NCBI GenBank assembly: GCA_021777915.1
Contig: JAJYCZ010000001.1
Span: 1 to 58,081 of the forward strand
DNA: 58,081 nt
From: Pseudomonadota bacterium
GTDB taxonomy: Bacteria; Pseudomonadota; Alphaproteobacteria; Rhizobiales; Beijerinckiaceae
Direction: 5' to 3'
Position 1 is the stretch's first letter, and the number at the start of each line of letters is the position of its first letter. The translations under genes were made by a program, and so were the position numbers. Shown piece after piece: positions 1 to 9,500 of this stretch. The notes under the pieces were generated by a model. The model was not told the origin of the DNA, searched no databases, and saw only the letters and a list, made by a program, of their open reading frames with translations.

Positions 1-688
1 CCATGCGGCCGGAGACATTCGCGCCGACGGAGAATGGCGGATTCATCAGCACGACGCTGGGGACGACGGTCGGATCGAGGTGATCGTCGATCTGGGCGGC
101 GTCGAAGCGCGTGACGCGAATGGCCGGAAAGAGGGAAGCGAGCAGCGCGGCGCGGGTTTCGGCCAGCTCGTTCAGCACGGGTGCGCCGCCAACGATCTCC
201 GCCAGAATGGCGAGCAGGCCCGTGCCGGCCGACGGTTCCAGAACGTGTTCTCCCGGCATGATGGCGGCCGCGGTCAGCGCCGCGAGCCCGAGCGGGATCG
301 GCGTCGAGAATTGCTGGTACGTATCGCTCTCGATGGATCGGCGCGTGTGGGTCGGGAGAAGGCCTACAATCCTCGTAAGCGCTGAAAGCCGCAGAGCCGG
401 AGAGCCGGCCTTGCGGAACAACGCTTTTCCGTATTTGCGAAGGAAGAGGACGGTCGCGGCCTCGCAGGCGTCATAGGCGTTTTTCCAGTCCCACGCGCCC
501 GTCGCATCGGAGACGCTGAAGGCCGCTTCCATGGCGGCGCGCAGCATCACGGCGTCGACGCGCTGGCCGCGCTCGAGATGTGGGAGAAGGCGCTCGGCCG
601 CCATGAAAATGCCGGGGGCGGGATCGCAATCGCACACAGGCGAGCGATGCGCGGCCTCGCCGGCCGCGATCGGGGAAAGGTCGTTCAT
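1..688 (-). CDS. N-terminal part of an ICE SAM-dependent methyltransferase / strawberry-notch-type helicase (runs off the left edge)
   Basis: Manual translation from ATG at 688: MNDLSPIAAG...GAWDWKNAYDACEAA...QQFSTP...VLEPSAGTGLLA...VLMNPPFS. MTase motif I and NPPF motif are present. Missing from the ORF track because the stop is outside the window; the helicase part is inferred from the family. Confidence 0.8.
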   Translation of the reverse strand, partial: MNDLSPIAAGEAAHRSPVCDCDPAPGIFMAAERLLPHLERGQRVDAVMLRAAMEAAFSVSDATGAWDWKNAYDACEAATVLFLRKYGKALFRKAGSPALRLSALTRIVGLLPTHTRRSIESDTYQQFSTPIPLGLAALTAAAIMPGEHVLEPSAGTGLLAILAEIVGGAPVLNELAETRAALLASLFPAIRVTRFDAAQIDDHLDPTVVPSVVLMNPPFSVGANVSGRM

Positions 689-712
689 GAGGGAAACCTC
701 GGGAGAGCGGAA

Positions 713-763
713 ACGGGCGAGCCGGTCGGCGCTCTCTCTCGGACCGCACCGGCTCAAACCCGT
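713..763 (-). promoter_or_regulatory. Structured leader hairpin, copy 1 (GACGGG...GAGAGAGAG...CCCGT on the coding strand)
   Basis: ACGGG/CCCGT and GAGCCGGT/ACCGGCTC inverted repeats just upstream of the methylase start; similar to 4388-4428 and 5758-5800. Confidence 0.45.
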
Positions 764-847
764 CCCGGCCTGTCTCTCCCTCTTGACGGACCGGCGAACG
801 CCGACACGAAACAAGCGCCCCACCGCGAGCCGGGGCGCCTGGCTGGA

Positions 848-1492
848 TTAACCGAAGCGGTGGCCCGCTTCCGTAAACGTGTAGTCGTTGATGGCGATCG
901 CTTCATCGACGACCTCGTCAGAGGTCTGATAGTCGAACTCGTGTTCGAGCTGGCGATAGAGCCAGCGGGCGAGATCGCGGAGCGCCTCAGTCACGGCGTC
1001 GTCGGCGTCGGAGGTCATGTCCTGTCCCGCCGAACTATCGCGTTCGACCGATATGGCCATGGTGTATTCGTGGCAATAGCGGCCCCGATGAACGATAGTG
1101 GCGCAAAGTCGATAGAAATTGCGGCGCTGAATCGCCTGAAGCGCGTCGGCTATCCGGTGAAGCTCGCCATCCTTGGGCGCGTACTCACGGATCAGGCGCG
1201 GTGCCGCCTTGGCGTAGCTGTAGCGCCCCTCGAAGCAGGCGCCGTCGCCCTGGCTCCAAAACCCCGAGAACCAGATGCAGGGCTTTCGTCGTTCGCCGCC
1301 ACCCATGAGGCGAACGGGGCGCGTATCGAGGCTGACGCCGAGGATCGCGCAGACGCGCTCGAAGTCGTCATAGACGAATTCGAACCAGTCATGATCGAAA
1401 CTCCCGTCGCGATACCAGGCGCGGGCTTTGTCCTTCGCCGCGTCGGAAAGCTCGTCGAGGCGAAAGACCGTGGTCTCAACGATCTCAGGCAT
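848..1492 (-). CDS. Conserved ICE protein (family often annotated 'antitoxin of toxin-antitoxin stability system'; function unproven)
   Basis: 214 aa, MPEIVETTVFRLDELSDAAKDKARAWYR...WFSGFWSQGDGACF; recognised ICE/phage-associated family. Confidence 0.7.
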   Translation of the reverse strand: MPEIVETTVFRLDELSDAAKDKARAWYRDGSFDHDWFEFVYDDFERVCAILGVSLDTRPVRLMGGGERRKPCIWFSGFWSQGDGACFEGRYSYAKAAPRLIREYAPKDGELHRIADALQAIQRRNFYRLCATIVHRGRYCHEYTMAISVERDSSAGQDMTSDADDAVTEALRDLARWLYRQLEHEFDYQTSDEVVDEAIAINDYTFTEAGHRFG

Positions 1493-1895
1493 CGGGATCG
1501 CCTCCTTCGAGCGCGCGGCAAAGCCATTCGTTGGTGCTGATCCAGCTGATGCTCTTGCGCGCTCCGAGGTCGATCACATGCGCGCCGCCGCCGAAGGCGT
1601 CTAGGCGGGGCTTCGAGCACGTATTGGCGTATTCGAAGCCCCAAAGCCCCTTGAGGTCGAACTCCTCCGCGCACAACAGCACGAATTTGATGACGCATTC
1701 GGGGTCGCCCGAACCTTCGTCGTGAATCCAGAGATTGCTCGGGCTTTCCTGCGATGAGGACAGAAAGAAGCCGCGCGACAGCGGCAGATCGTCAATGGGG
1801 GTCGTCGCGGCGCCGTAGATATCGAGGGCGCGAACGACATTCTCGGGCGCGCCGACATCGAACAGGCACGAGAAATGGGTGAAATAATCCGCCAT
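1485..1895 (-). CDS. Conserved hypothetical ICE protein
   Basis: MADYFTHFSCLFDVG...WGFEYANTCSKPRLDAFGGGA; AGGAG RBS before ATG 1895; overlaps the next gene. Confidence 0.7.
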   Translation of the reverse strand: MADYFTHFSCLFDVGAPENVVRALDIYGAATTPIDDLPLSRGFFLSSSQESPSNLWIHDEGSGDPECVIKFVLLCAEEFDLKGLWGFEYANTCSKPRLDAFGGGAHVIDLGARKSISWISTNEWLCRALEGGDPDA

Positions 1896-1908
1896 TGTCA
1901 GGCTCCTG

Positions 1909-1938
1909 AAATGAAAAGCCCGGCGCGGGGGCCGGGCT
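1909..1938 (-). terminator. Intrinsic terminator-like hairpin
   Basis: AGCCCGG/CCGGGCT stem followed by TTTCATTT on the minus strand. Confidence 0.5.
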
Positions 1939-1962
1939 GGGTTTTGGTTTGGATGGAGGGAT

Positions 1963-2181
1963 TCAGCCAAATTGCCAGGACGGCCACGCCTGGCCGTCGT
2001 TCGCCGCCTCGATCGCTTGCGGCAGATATTCGGCGTCGCCCTAGACGACGGTCGAATCAAGGAGGGGCGTCCCGTCGAGCACGGTCACGCTGACGACGAG
2101 GCCGTCCTCGACCTCGACATGGACCGGCACGAAATATTGAAAGACCACGCGCCGCTGGGGCTGGGTGGAATGATCCTGCAT
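1963..2181 (-). pseudogene. Small ICE hypothetical gene interrupted by an in-frame TAG (2041-2043)
   Basis: MQDHST...LDSTVV*GDAEYLPQAIEAANDGQAWPSWQFG*; reading continues with normal codon usage after the TAG; GGAG RBS upstream. Confidence 0.55.
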
Positions 2182-2203
2182 GTGCGTTCTCCATGAAAAT
2201 CGT

Positions 2204-2231
2204 CCGGGGAGCGGCTTTCGCCGCTCCCCGG
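2204..2231 (-). terminator. Perfect 12-bp GC hairpin with GAAA tetraloop downstream of the ParB-like gene
   Basis: CCGGGGAGCGGC-GAAA-GCCGCTCCCCGG on the minus strand. Confidence 0.5.
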
Positions 2232-2240
2232 AAGTTATGA

Positions 2241-4373
2241 TCATTCGGCGGCAATGACGGCCTGGCCCTGGCCCTCGGCTGGCTCGTCTTCGTCGCCATC
2301 CTCGGTCAGGAAGGCGGGAAGAGCCTCGTCGCTTTCCGCATGGCCGGCAGGCTCGGTCATCGCCTGATCGTCGGCGACGGACCGCAGCGGCTCGGGAAGC
2401 CAACCCGTCTCAGCGAGCAGCCGCTCGGCTTCCTTGGCCATTTCGCCCTTTTTCAGATGCGCGACGAGTTGCGCCGACCGTTCGCCGGCGCCCTCGCGCA
2501 CCGCTTCGAGGATGCGCGCCTTGGTGACGCGGCCGAGATAGTTCCCGACCGTCGGCCGCCATCCGGCTTCCACCATGTCGAGCCCCGTCGCCCGCGCCAG
2601 CCGGTCGGCCTGCGCCAGCCGCAACTTCAGGCCATGTTCGGTCACGCCGACCCCGCCATAAGGGTTAGGCTTTTCATAGAGCGCGTTGACGCCATAGCTG
2701 ACGCAATGGGCGAGGAGGTCCAAACGGCGGCCCTCGTCGAGCGCCGTCAGCCAATCCCACAATCCCTCGTCGTCGGCGGGAATGTGGTCGCCCCACATCA
2801 GCCGGCGCTCGTCGATGGATTTCGCCGAGGCGCACTCCTTCAGATCCGCGGTCTGATCGCGGAAATAGACTTGGCGGACATTCGCCTCCAGACATCCGCC
2901 AGCCGCCGGATGCAGGAAATTGTCCGACACCAGCTTGTGCAGCAAGGCGGTCATGGCGACTTTGGGATTGTTCGCCAGGGCGTCGCGGAGCGCCAGGGTG
3001 CGGTGGGCCGTCAGTTCGGCAAGGAGCCGATCGGGCAGCGGCTTGATCCCATCCTCCTCCTCGTCCTCGGCCGGCTCGGCTTCGCCATTCATCACGACGA
3101 CAGCCGGGTGGCCCGCCTGACCGACGGCCGGCGCGCCAGATGAAACATCGGCCTCTTCGGCGGCGGCCGGCCCGGCCGGCTCCGGCGCTTCGTCGGCCGG
3201 GCGCACATAGCCGCGATCGACGACAAGCGAACCATTGGCGCCAATGCTGACAAAGGCGCCGGCGCGGGCGATTTCGGTCGCGTCGTAGCGCGGCGGACGC
3301 TGATCGAATTTTTCGAGCTCCGCCTCGATTTCGCCGAGGCGCCGATCGACCTCTTCCGGCAATTCGTCGGCGGCGTCATATTCGGCTTCGATCCGGTCGC
3401 GCTCGGCCTGCAAGGCTTCGATGACGACCTGTTCATCGTCGCTGAAATCGGCCGGCGCGCCCGACAATTGGCGCAGGCCGTAGGTCACGCCATAGGGCAG
3501 GCTGACCGCCGCCTCAATCCATTTCCAGCCTTCCGCGGCGATCTCTTCCGCCGCGGCTTTGAGCTTTTCGGACGCCAGCCGATCAAGCAAAGCGACATCC
3601 TGCAGCCAGCCGCCGTCGTCGGACTGGAACAGATCGCGCAGCACGGCGCCGCCCACCGTCTCATAGGCGTCGACGCCAACGAACAGGGCGCGCTTGTCCG
3701 ACGCGCGAACCGCGCTTTCCGTCAGCATGCGGCGAATCTGGTAGGGCTCCTTCTGCCAGCTGTTTTGGATCGCCTCCCAAACCTGTTCCTGGCGGGCGTG
3801 GTCCGGCGCGACGGCGAAGGCCATCAATTGCTCGAGCGTCATTCCGTCGTCGGCATAGATGTCGAGGAGTTTTGGCGAAACCGCCGCCAGGCGCAGGCGC
3901 TGTTTCACGATATTGCCGCCGACGAAAAAAGCCGCCGCGATCGCCTCCTCGGTCATGCCTTTCTCGCGCATCGCTTGAAAGGCGCGGAACTGGTCGAGCG
4001 GATGCAGCGGCGCGCGCTCGATATTTTCCGCGAGCGAAACCTCGTCAATCAGGATGTTGTCCTTGGCGTCGGACACGATGCAGGGAACAGGCGCGGTCTT
4101 GTTCAGCCGCTTCTGCTTCACCAGCAGCTCCAGCGCGCGATAGCGTCGCCCGCCGGCCGGCACTTCAAACGTTCCGGTCTCAACGCCGTCCGCGTCGAGG
4201 ATCGGCCGGACATGCAGGCTCTGAATCAGGCCGCGGCGCGCGATCGATTCCGCCAATTCCTCGATCGACATGCCAGCTTTCACGCGCCGGACATTCGACT
4301 GGCTCAGCGTCAGCTTGTTGAAGGGAATATCGCGCGCGGACGCGAGGGTGATTTTCTGATTGGCGGTCGCCAT
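2241..4373 (-). CDS. ParB/RepB/Spo0J-family protein (long ICE/plasmid leading-region type)
   Basis: MATANQKITL...LAESIARRGLIQSL...AGGRRYRAL...SLAENIER (ParB GxRR motif); about 710 aa; GGAG RBS before ATG 4373. Confidence 0.9.
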   Translation of the reverse strand: MATANQKITLASARDIPFNKLTLSQSNVRRVKAGMSIEELAESIARRGLIQSLHVRPILDADGVETGTFEVPAGGRRYRALELLVKQKRLNKTAPVPCIVSDAKDNILIDEVSLAENIERAPLHPLDQFRAFQAMREKGMTEEAIAAAFFVGGNIVKQRLRLAAVSPKLLDIYADDGMTLEQLMAFAVAPDHARQEQVWEAIQNSWQKEPYQIRRMLTESAVRASDKRALFVGVDAYETVGGAVLRDLFQSDDGGWLQDVALLDRLASEKLKAAAEEIAAEGWKWIEAAVSLPYGVTYGLRQLSGAPADFSDDEQVVIEALQAERDRIEAEYDAADELPEEVDRRLGEIEAELEKFDQRPPRYDATEIARAGAFVSIGANGSLVVDRGYVRPADEAPEPAGPAAAEEADVSSGAPAVGQAGHPAVVVMNGEAEPAEDEEEDGIKPLPDRLLAELTAHRTLALRDALANNPKVAMTALLHKLVSDNFLHPAAGGCLEANVRQVYFRDQTADLKECASAKSIDERRLMWGDHIPADDEGLWDWLTALDEGRRLDLLAHCVSYGVNALYEKPNPYGGVGVTEHGLKLRLAQADRLARATGLDMVEAGWRPTVGNYLGRVTKARILEAVREGAGERSAQLVAHLKKGEMAKEAERLLAETGWLPEPLRSVADDQAMTEPAGHAESDEALPAFLTEDGDEDEPAEGQGQAVIAAE

Positions 4374-4387
4374 GATCTTTACTCCGC

Positions 4388-4428
4388 GACGGGCGCCGAG
4401 AGCCTCTCCCTCAAGCCGAAAACCCGTC
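4388..4428 (-). promoter_or_regulatory. Structured leader hairpin, copy 2
   Basis: GACGGG...GAGGGAGAGG...CCCGTC on the coding strand, directly before the GGAG RBS of the ParB-like gene. Confidence 0.5.
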
Positions 4429-4550
4429 AAAAAGGCAAAGCGCCGCCCCCTCACTCGTGGGGAGGGCGGCGGCATGGAGCCGGAAAAGTGGCAAAACGCG
4501 GAAGCGTAGAGCCGGAGATGCGGAAATCAGCATCGGCGGCTCTGCGGGAA

Positions 4551-5744
4551 TCAGGCGGCTCGGTCGAGCAGCTTTTTCGCCTTCGCCTCCATCTCGAGGC
4601 GGGCGTCCTGGTGGTGCTTATCGCGGGCAACGGCGGTGATGCCCTGCACGAAATCGAAAATGCTTTCGGGCGGGCGGCCTTCCTCGGTCAGCACGGCGTC
4701 GATGATCTTTCCGGTCTCGGCTTTGGAGAACCCGCGCCGGCGGAGGAATTCCGCGCGATCTTCGTCACTGCGCGCCACGATCTTCTCGCGCGCCGCTTTG
4801 ACGCCGTTGATGAAGGGCATGGGCGACGAATTCGCGAAATTCAGCAGCGCCGGGGCCGCCTCATGCGCGAATCGAGAGGCCGCATATTTGGAATGGCGGA
4901 TGGTGATCTCCTCGAAATCCTCGACGCCCCAAAGGCACCGATTTTGACACACTGCTCGGAGGTAAAAGCTAGCGATTCCGAGCGTCTTGGCCCCAACTTC
5001 CGAGTTCCAGCAATAAAAGCCCCTGAAAAACAAATCAGGCGAACCGTCTGGCAGGCGTCCCGCCTCGATCGGGTTCAGATCATCGACCAGAAACAGGAAA
5101 ACGTCGCGGTCGGAGGCGTAAAGCGTGGTCGTGTCCTTGGTGATGTCGACGCGTGGATTATAGACGCCCGTCGACCAATCGAGCACGCCCGGCACTTTCC
5201 AGCGCGTATCGCCGGTGCCGTCGCCGGCGATGCGCTGCACCGCTTCGACGAGCTCATGGTCGTAGATGCGGCCATAATCGGGGCCAGTAACGGCGCGAAG
5301 CTCGACACGGCCATCGTCGGTTTCGAGCGTCTTGACCTGTTCGGTGCGGTTTTGCGTCAATCCATATTGCAAATTGATGCCGGCAAGCGCCGCCGGGAGC
5401 TGGCGCAGATAGGCTGCCGGCGCTCCTACCTGGCTGGCAAGCTGGCCGAAACTCCAGTGCGTCGGCGCGACGGGCGCATCCGCCCCGGGCAGGATCAGCG
5501 ACAGCCGCTCGGGATCGGATCGGCTCGCCTCGACATGAATGAGCGCGGATTCCACCACGCGGGTGCGGCTGCGTTCGGCCCGATCGCGCACCGCCCGCGC
5601 CAGCTCGCCGAGCGACAGGAAGCGCTCGTCGTCGGGGCGCGAGAACCATTCCGACGAAACACGGCCGACGCGCTCCCCGCGATTGACATCCACCTTATAG
5701 CCGCGGCTTGAGCTCCGCGGGGCGTCCAGCACTTGCATGTTCAT
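4551..5744 (-). CDS. DUF932 domain-containing protein
   Basis: VSSEWFSRPDDERFLSL...THWSFGQLA...LYASDRDVFLFL...WNSEVG...RAVCQNR; typical ICE DUF932 family; start at ATG 5744 after AGGAG. Confidence 0.85.
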   Translation of the reverse strand: MNMQVLDAPRSSSRGYKVDVNRGERVGRVSSEWFSRPDDERFLSLGELARAVRDRAERSRTRVVESALIHVEASRSDPERLSLILPGADAPVAPTHWSFGQLASQVGAPAAYLRQLPAALAGINLQYGLTQNRTEQVKTLETDDGRVELRAVTGPDYGRIYDHELVEAVQRIAGDGTGDTRWKVPGVLDWSTGVYNPRVDITKDTTTLYASDRDVFLFLVDDLNPIEAGRLPDGSPDLFFRGFYCWNSEVGAKTLGIASFYLRAVCQNRCLWGVEDFEEITIRHSKYAASRFAHEAAPALLNFANSSPMPFINGVKAAREKIVARSDEDRAEFLRRRGFSKAETGKIIDAVLTEEGRPPESIFDFVQGITAVARDKHHQDARLEMEAKAKKLLDRAA

Positions 5745-5757
5745 GGGATCGATCTCC

Positions 5758-5800
5758 TGACGGGCTGCCGGAGGCCTCTCCTCCAGCCCTTGACCCGTCA
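5758..5800 (-). promoter_or_regulatory. Structured leader hairpin, copy 3
   Basis: TGACGGG...GGAGGAGAGG-CCTCC...CCCGTCA directly before the AGGAG RBS of DUF932. Confidence 0.5.
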
Positions 5801-5846
5801 TGAAAACCCGATCCGCACTCTCTCTCTCCAGGGCGTTGCGGAAACA

Positions 5847-6584
5847 TCAACGCAATAGCGCCTCAAGCTGAGCCTTTCTGCTTTGCCAATCCGACATCAC
5901 CATGTCGAATAATCCCCGCCATTCTTCGCCATGATCGGGATGAAACGAATGCGCCAACTCATGGCAGATCACATAATCGATCAACGACGGGCCTGCGCGA
6001 ACCAAATCCACATTCAGGACAATGCGCCCTTTTGGCGTGAGGCTCCCCCAACGCTTTGACATTGGTCGAACAATAAGGACCGGTATTTTGAGGCCCTTCC
6101 TGATAAATGGCGGAGCCACAGCTTCAAGTCGCTCGGCGAAGACGCTTTTCGCCGTAATCGCATAGAACGCGGTCATGAGGCGTCGACAATGGGCCTGGTC
6201 ATCAGCGCGACGCGCCAAGATCCGCAGCCTCGCTCCTTCGACGCGAACCTGCGGATCATTGCTCTCCTCTATCGACAGACGATATTGCCGGCCGAGAAGA
6301 AGATGCGTTTCGCCCGAAATAAAGCGCCGTTCGGGAGTGGAGACAGGCCTGGCCGAAATCCGGTCGATCTCGCGAAAAACCCACGACCCTTTCCGGTTGA
6401 CGCGGTCCTGGATATCACTTCGCGCTTCGCCAGCCGGAGCGATGACAACAACCTTCCCCGAAGGCTGAACGTCGATGCGAAGGACGCGGCGGTGTGTTCG
6501 CTCCAGGCGCGCAATGACGCGGCGCTCGCCCCAACCCACTTCGATCTGCTCGCCATCGGCCATCATCGGCGACGCCCCACTCAT
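5847..6584 (-). CDS. M48/SprT-like zinc metallopeptidase (YgjP/DUF45 family) coupled to hsdR
   Basis: MSKRWGS...IDYVICHELAH...H zincin motif; ATGA overlap with the hsdR stop. Confidence 0.85.
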   Translation of the reverse strand: MSGASPMMADGEQIEVGWGERRVIARLERTHRRVLRIDVQPSGKVVVIAPAGEARSDIQDRVNRKGSWVFREIDRISARPVSTPERRFISGETHLLLGRQYRLSIEESNDPQVRVEGARLRILARRADDQAHCRRLMTAFYAITAKSVFAERLEAVAPPFIRKGLKIPVLIVRPMSKRWGSLTPKGRIVLNVDLVRAGPSLIDYVICHELAHSFHPDHGEEWRGLFDMVMSDWQSRKAQLEALLR

Positions 6585-9500
6585 AAGGCCAACCTCTTGC
6601 GCGCCGACGCCAAAACGTCATCGACAACGGCGTCAAGAATCGCTGGATCAATTAGCAGGTCACGCCTTCCACGAAGCTCCTCAAAAAAGAAATCGTCAAC
6701 GTCATTGCGGATTTGGTTCTCTACGTCCCGGTCGTTTTGCCATCCCACCTTGCGGCGGCTTTGGACAATCTTGCTCAATTCGAGCGCGATATCCGCGGCA
6801 AGTTCCGGGTCATCCATTCCGGTCTTTTCAAGGTTTCGCTTCGCTAGTCCCCAAAAGGCTTGAGCGTGGCTATCGTCGCGCAGGCGAGGTGGCGTGGCGC
6901 CCGTTTCGTGATGACGGTTCTGGCTCATGTCGCGCTGCGCCAAAATTTTCTCAAGGTACGCCTTTTCGCTGATCCGTCCCTTGTGAAATTCGGCGATGGT
7001 GTCAGCGACGAGCTTCGAAAACTTCTCGAAAAAGACTGGGTCTTCGTCCCACCTTTCTTCAATCGAGCGGGTTAGCTGGTGCGCGATCGTATCGGCGATC
7101 GAAGCGTCGCTCTCATTCGTCTCGGTCCTGCGGGCTTCAATGGAAATATCGTCAAAAATGTTCAAGGGCTCGACCATCGTGACGACATCGCGGGCCACCA
7201 CATGCCGGTCGAGCAACTGGCGAATACGCTTTTCATAATCACGCCAGTCGACCCGCTCCGCATAGCGAAGGCTTACCGCCGCCCGCAACGACGAGAGCCG
7301 GCCGAGATCATCCTTCCAGCGTTTGAGCAGCTCCGGCTTCGTGCCCTCGACGAAACTCGGCGAGGCGAGCGCCACGGTGAAGGCGCGCGAAAATTCAGAG
7401 AGGCGTCGATAGAAATCCGCGCGGATTTCTTCATTGGCCAACAGCCTGGCATAGGCTTCGGCGTCAAACTTATTGGACACCGATTTGAACACGTCAAGAA
7501 GCGCCGCGTGAGCGCCGGGGACTTTAATCGCCTCATCGCGGATCGCCACAATGCTTTGAGCGATATCCTCTTCGCTGAATCCTTGCAAGGCGTCATAGCT
7601 GGCGAGCGCCGCGCCAAGGTCCTTCAAAACGCCGGTGTAGTCGATAATGAAGCCGAAGAACTTTTCTGGAGCGCCATCCTCGTCGAAGACCCGGTTCACG
7701 CGGGCGATGGCCTGCAGGAGTCCATGTTCCTTGAGCCGGCGCGCGACATACAAGACGGTGTTGCGCGGCGCATCGAAACCGGTGAGCAGCTTGTCGACGA
7801 CGATGATGATGTCCGGTTCGCCCGGCCCTTTGAACTGCTCGACGATCGTCTTGTTGTATGCGTCTTCGCCGCCATAGCGCTCTATCATTTTACGCCAAAA
7901 CGCGCGGACCACATCGTCGTCGGCCTCATCGACTTCGTCATCGCTTTCCCGCATTTCCGGTGCTGAAATAACCACTTCCGTCGTGACGACCCCAAAGGTG
8001 TCGAAGAGCTTCTTGAGCTGGATCGCGGCCCGTTTGCGCGGCGCCGCGAGCTGCCCCTTCAAACCCGTTCCCTTGAAATTGGCGGCAAAGTGCTGGCCGA
8101 CGTCGAAGGCAATGGTTTGAAGCCGTGATTCAATTCCTTCAATTTCGCGGACGCGGCTCATTTTACGCTTTAGGTCCGCGCGCTGGTCATCGTTTAGCCC
8201 TCGCGTGTGGACTTCGAACCAGCGGTCAATCTGCCCTTCGTCGACGTCGGTGACGACCTCGCGGCCTTCATAAAGGAGCGGCACCACGGCGCCGTCCGCC
8301 ACGGCGTCACGCATCGAATATGAGGGCTGCACCAAGTCGCCGAATTTGGCGAAGGTGCTCTTTTCCTTCTTCGCGATCGGCGTGCCCGTAAAGGCGATGA
8401 AGCAGGCGTTTGGCAGCACTTCGCGCATCCGGGCGTGAAGGCTGTCGAGATTGCCATATTGGCTGCGATGGCTCTCGTCGACCAAGACGAAAATATCGGC
8501 CGATTTATCGACGACGCGCCTTTTGTTCAGCCCCGCTCGGAATTTGTGAATCAGCGTCGTGACGACAGGCGTCTTGTCTTCGATCAGCGCCAGCAGATTT
8601 TCACCCGTCGCGGCCCGTTTCGGCTCCTGGCTGGTGTCGCGAAATGTCTTGGAAATCTGTTCGTCGAGATCGGTCCTGTCGGTGACGATGACAATGCGCG
8701 CTGTTGGATTGGTCATGACGATGGCCTTGGCCAGCATCACCATGGTCAGACTCTTACCAGAACCTTGGGTATGCCAGACCACGCCGCCTTTTCGCCTTTC
8801 ATTCGCGTCCCGCTCGCCGATCCGCTTCAGCAGCGTTTCAACGGTGGCGACCTGCTGATAGCGGGCGACCTTCTTGTGGGGACCATCGAACAGCATATAG
8901 CGCCGGATCAGCCGCATGAACCGCTCGGGTCGCATCAGCCCGACAATGGTTTCGTCAAGCGGCGTGGCGAACCTGCTGTCTTCCATCAACGCATTGTGGC
9001 GGGCAATGTAAGGCCCAAAATCCTGCGCCACGCGCTTGCCCTCGACCGTGTCGAGTGGACGATTCACAATTGTCTCGGCGAAACTGGCGGGGTCTTCACG
9101 TTCCTTCCATACGCTCCATAGCTTGCGTGGCGTGCCGACCGTCCCATAAAGCGGATCGTGGCTGTTGGCTGCAAGCAGCAATTGCGCCGAATAAAACAGG
9201 GCGGGGACACCTTCACCGGCCTTCTGGTTGCGGATTTGCTGGCTGACCCCCTGGTCGGAAGCCACATGCGAGGCTTTCACCTCAATCACGCCCAGGGGAA
9301 CCCCGTTGACGAACAAGACCAGATCGACGCGGATCGTCGGACCGCCCGCCTCGCTCACCGAAAATTCGCTGGTCACCTGAAAGGTATTGGCCCGCCAATC
9401 CAACCAGTCGATGAATTTGAATGGCCACTCGCGCGATGTGGCGCCAATCGTCTGAGGCAAGGCGATGCCGAGCGTTAAATCATCGGTCATTTTTTCGTTG

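Noticed and set aside
848-1492. Bona fide toxin-antitoxin module
   Set aside because: The 'antitoxin' label is a propagated family annotation and no recognisable toxin gene is adjacent.
3468-5711. 747-aa plus-strand ORF
   Set aside because: Antisense shadow of the ParB-like and DUF932 genes, an expected artefact of high-GC codon bias; no recognisable motifs.
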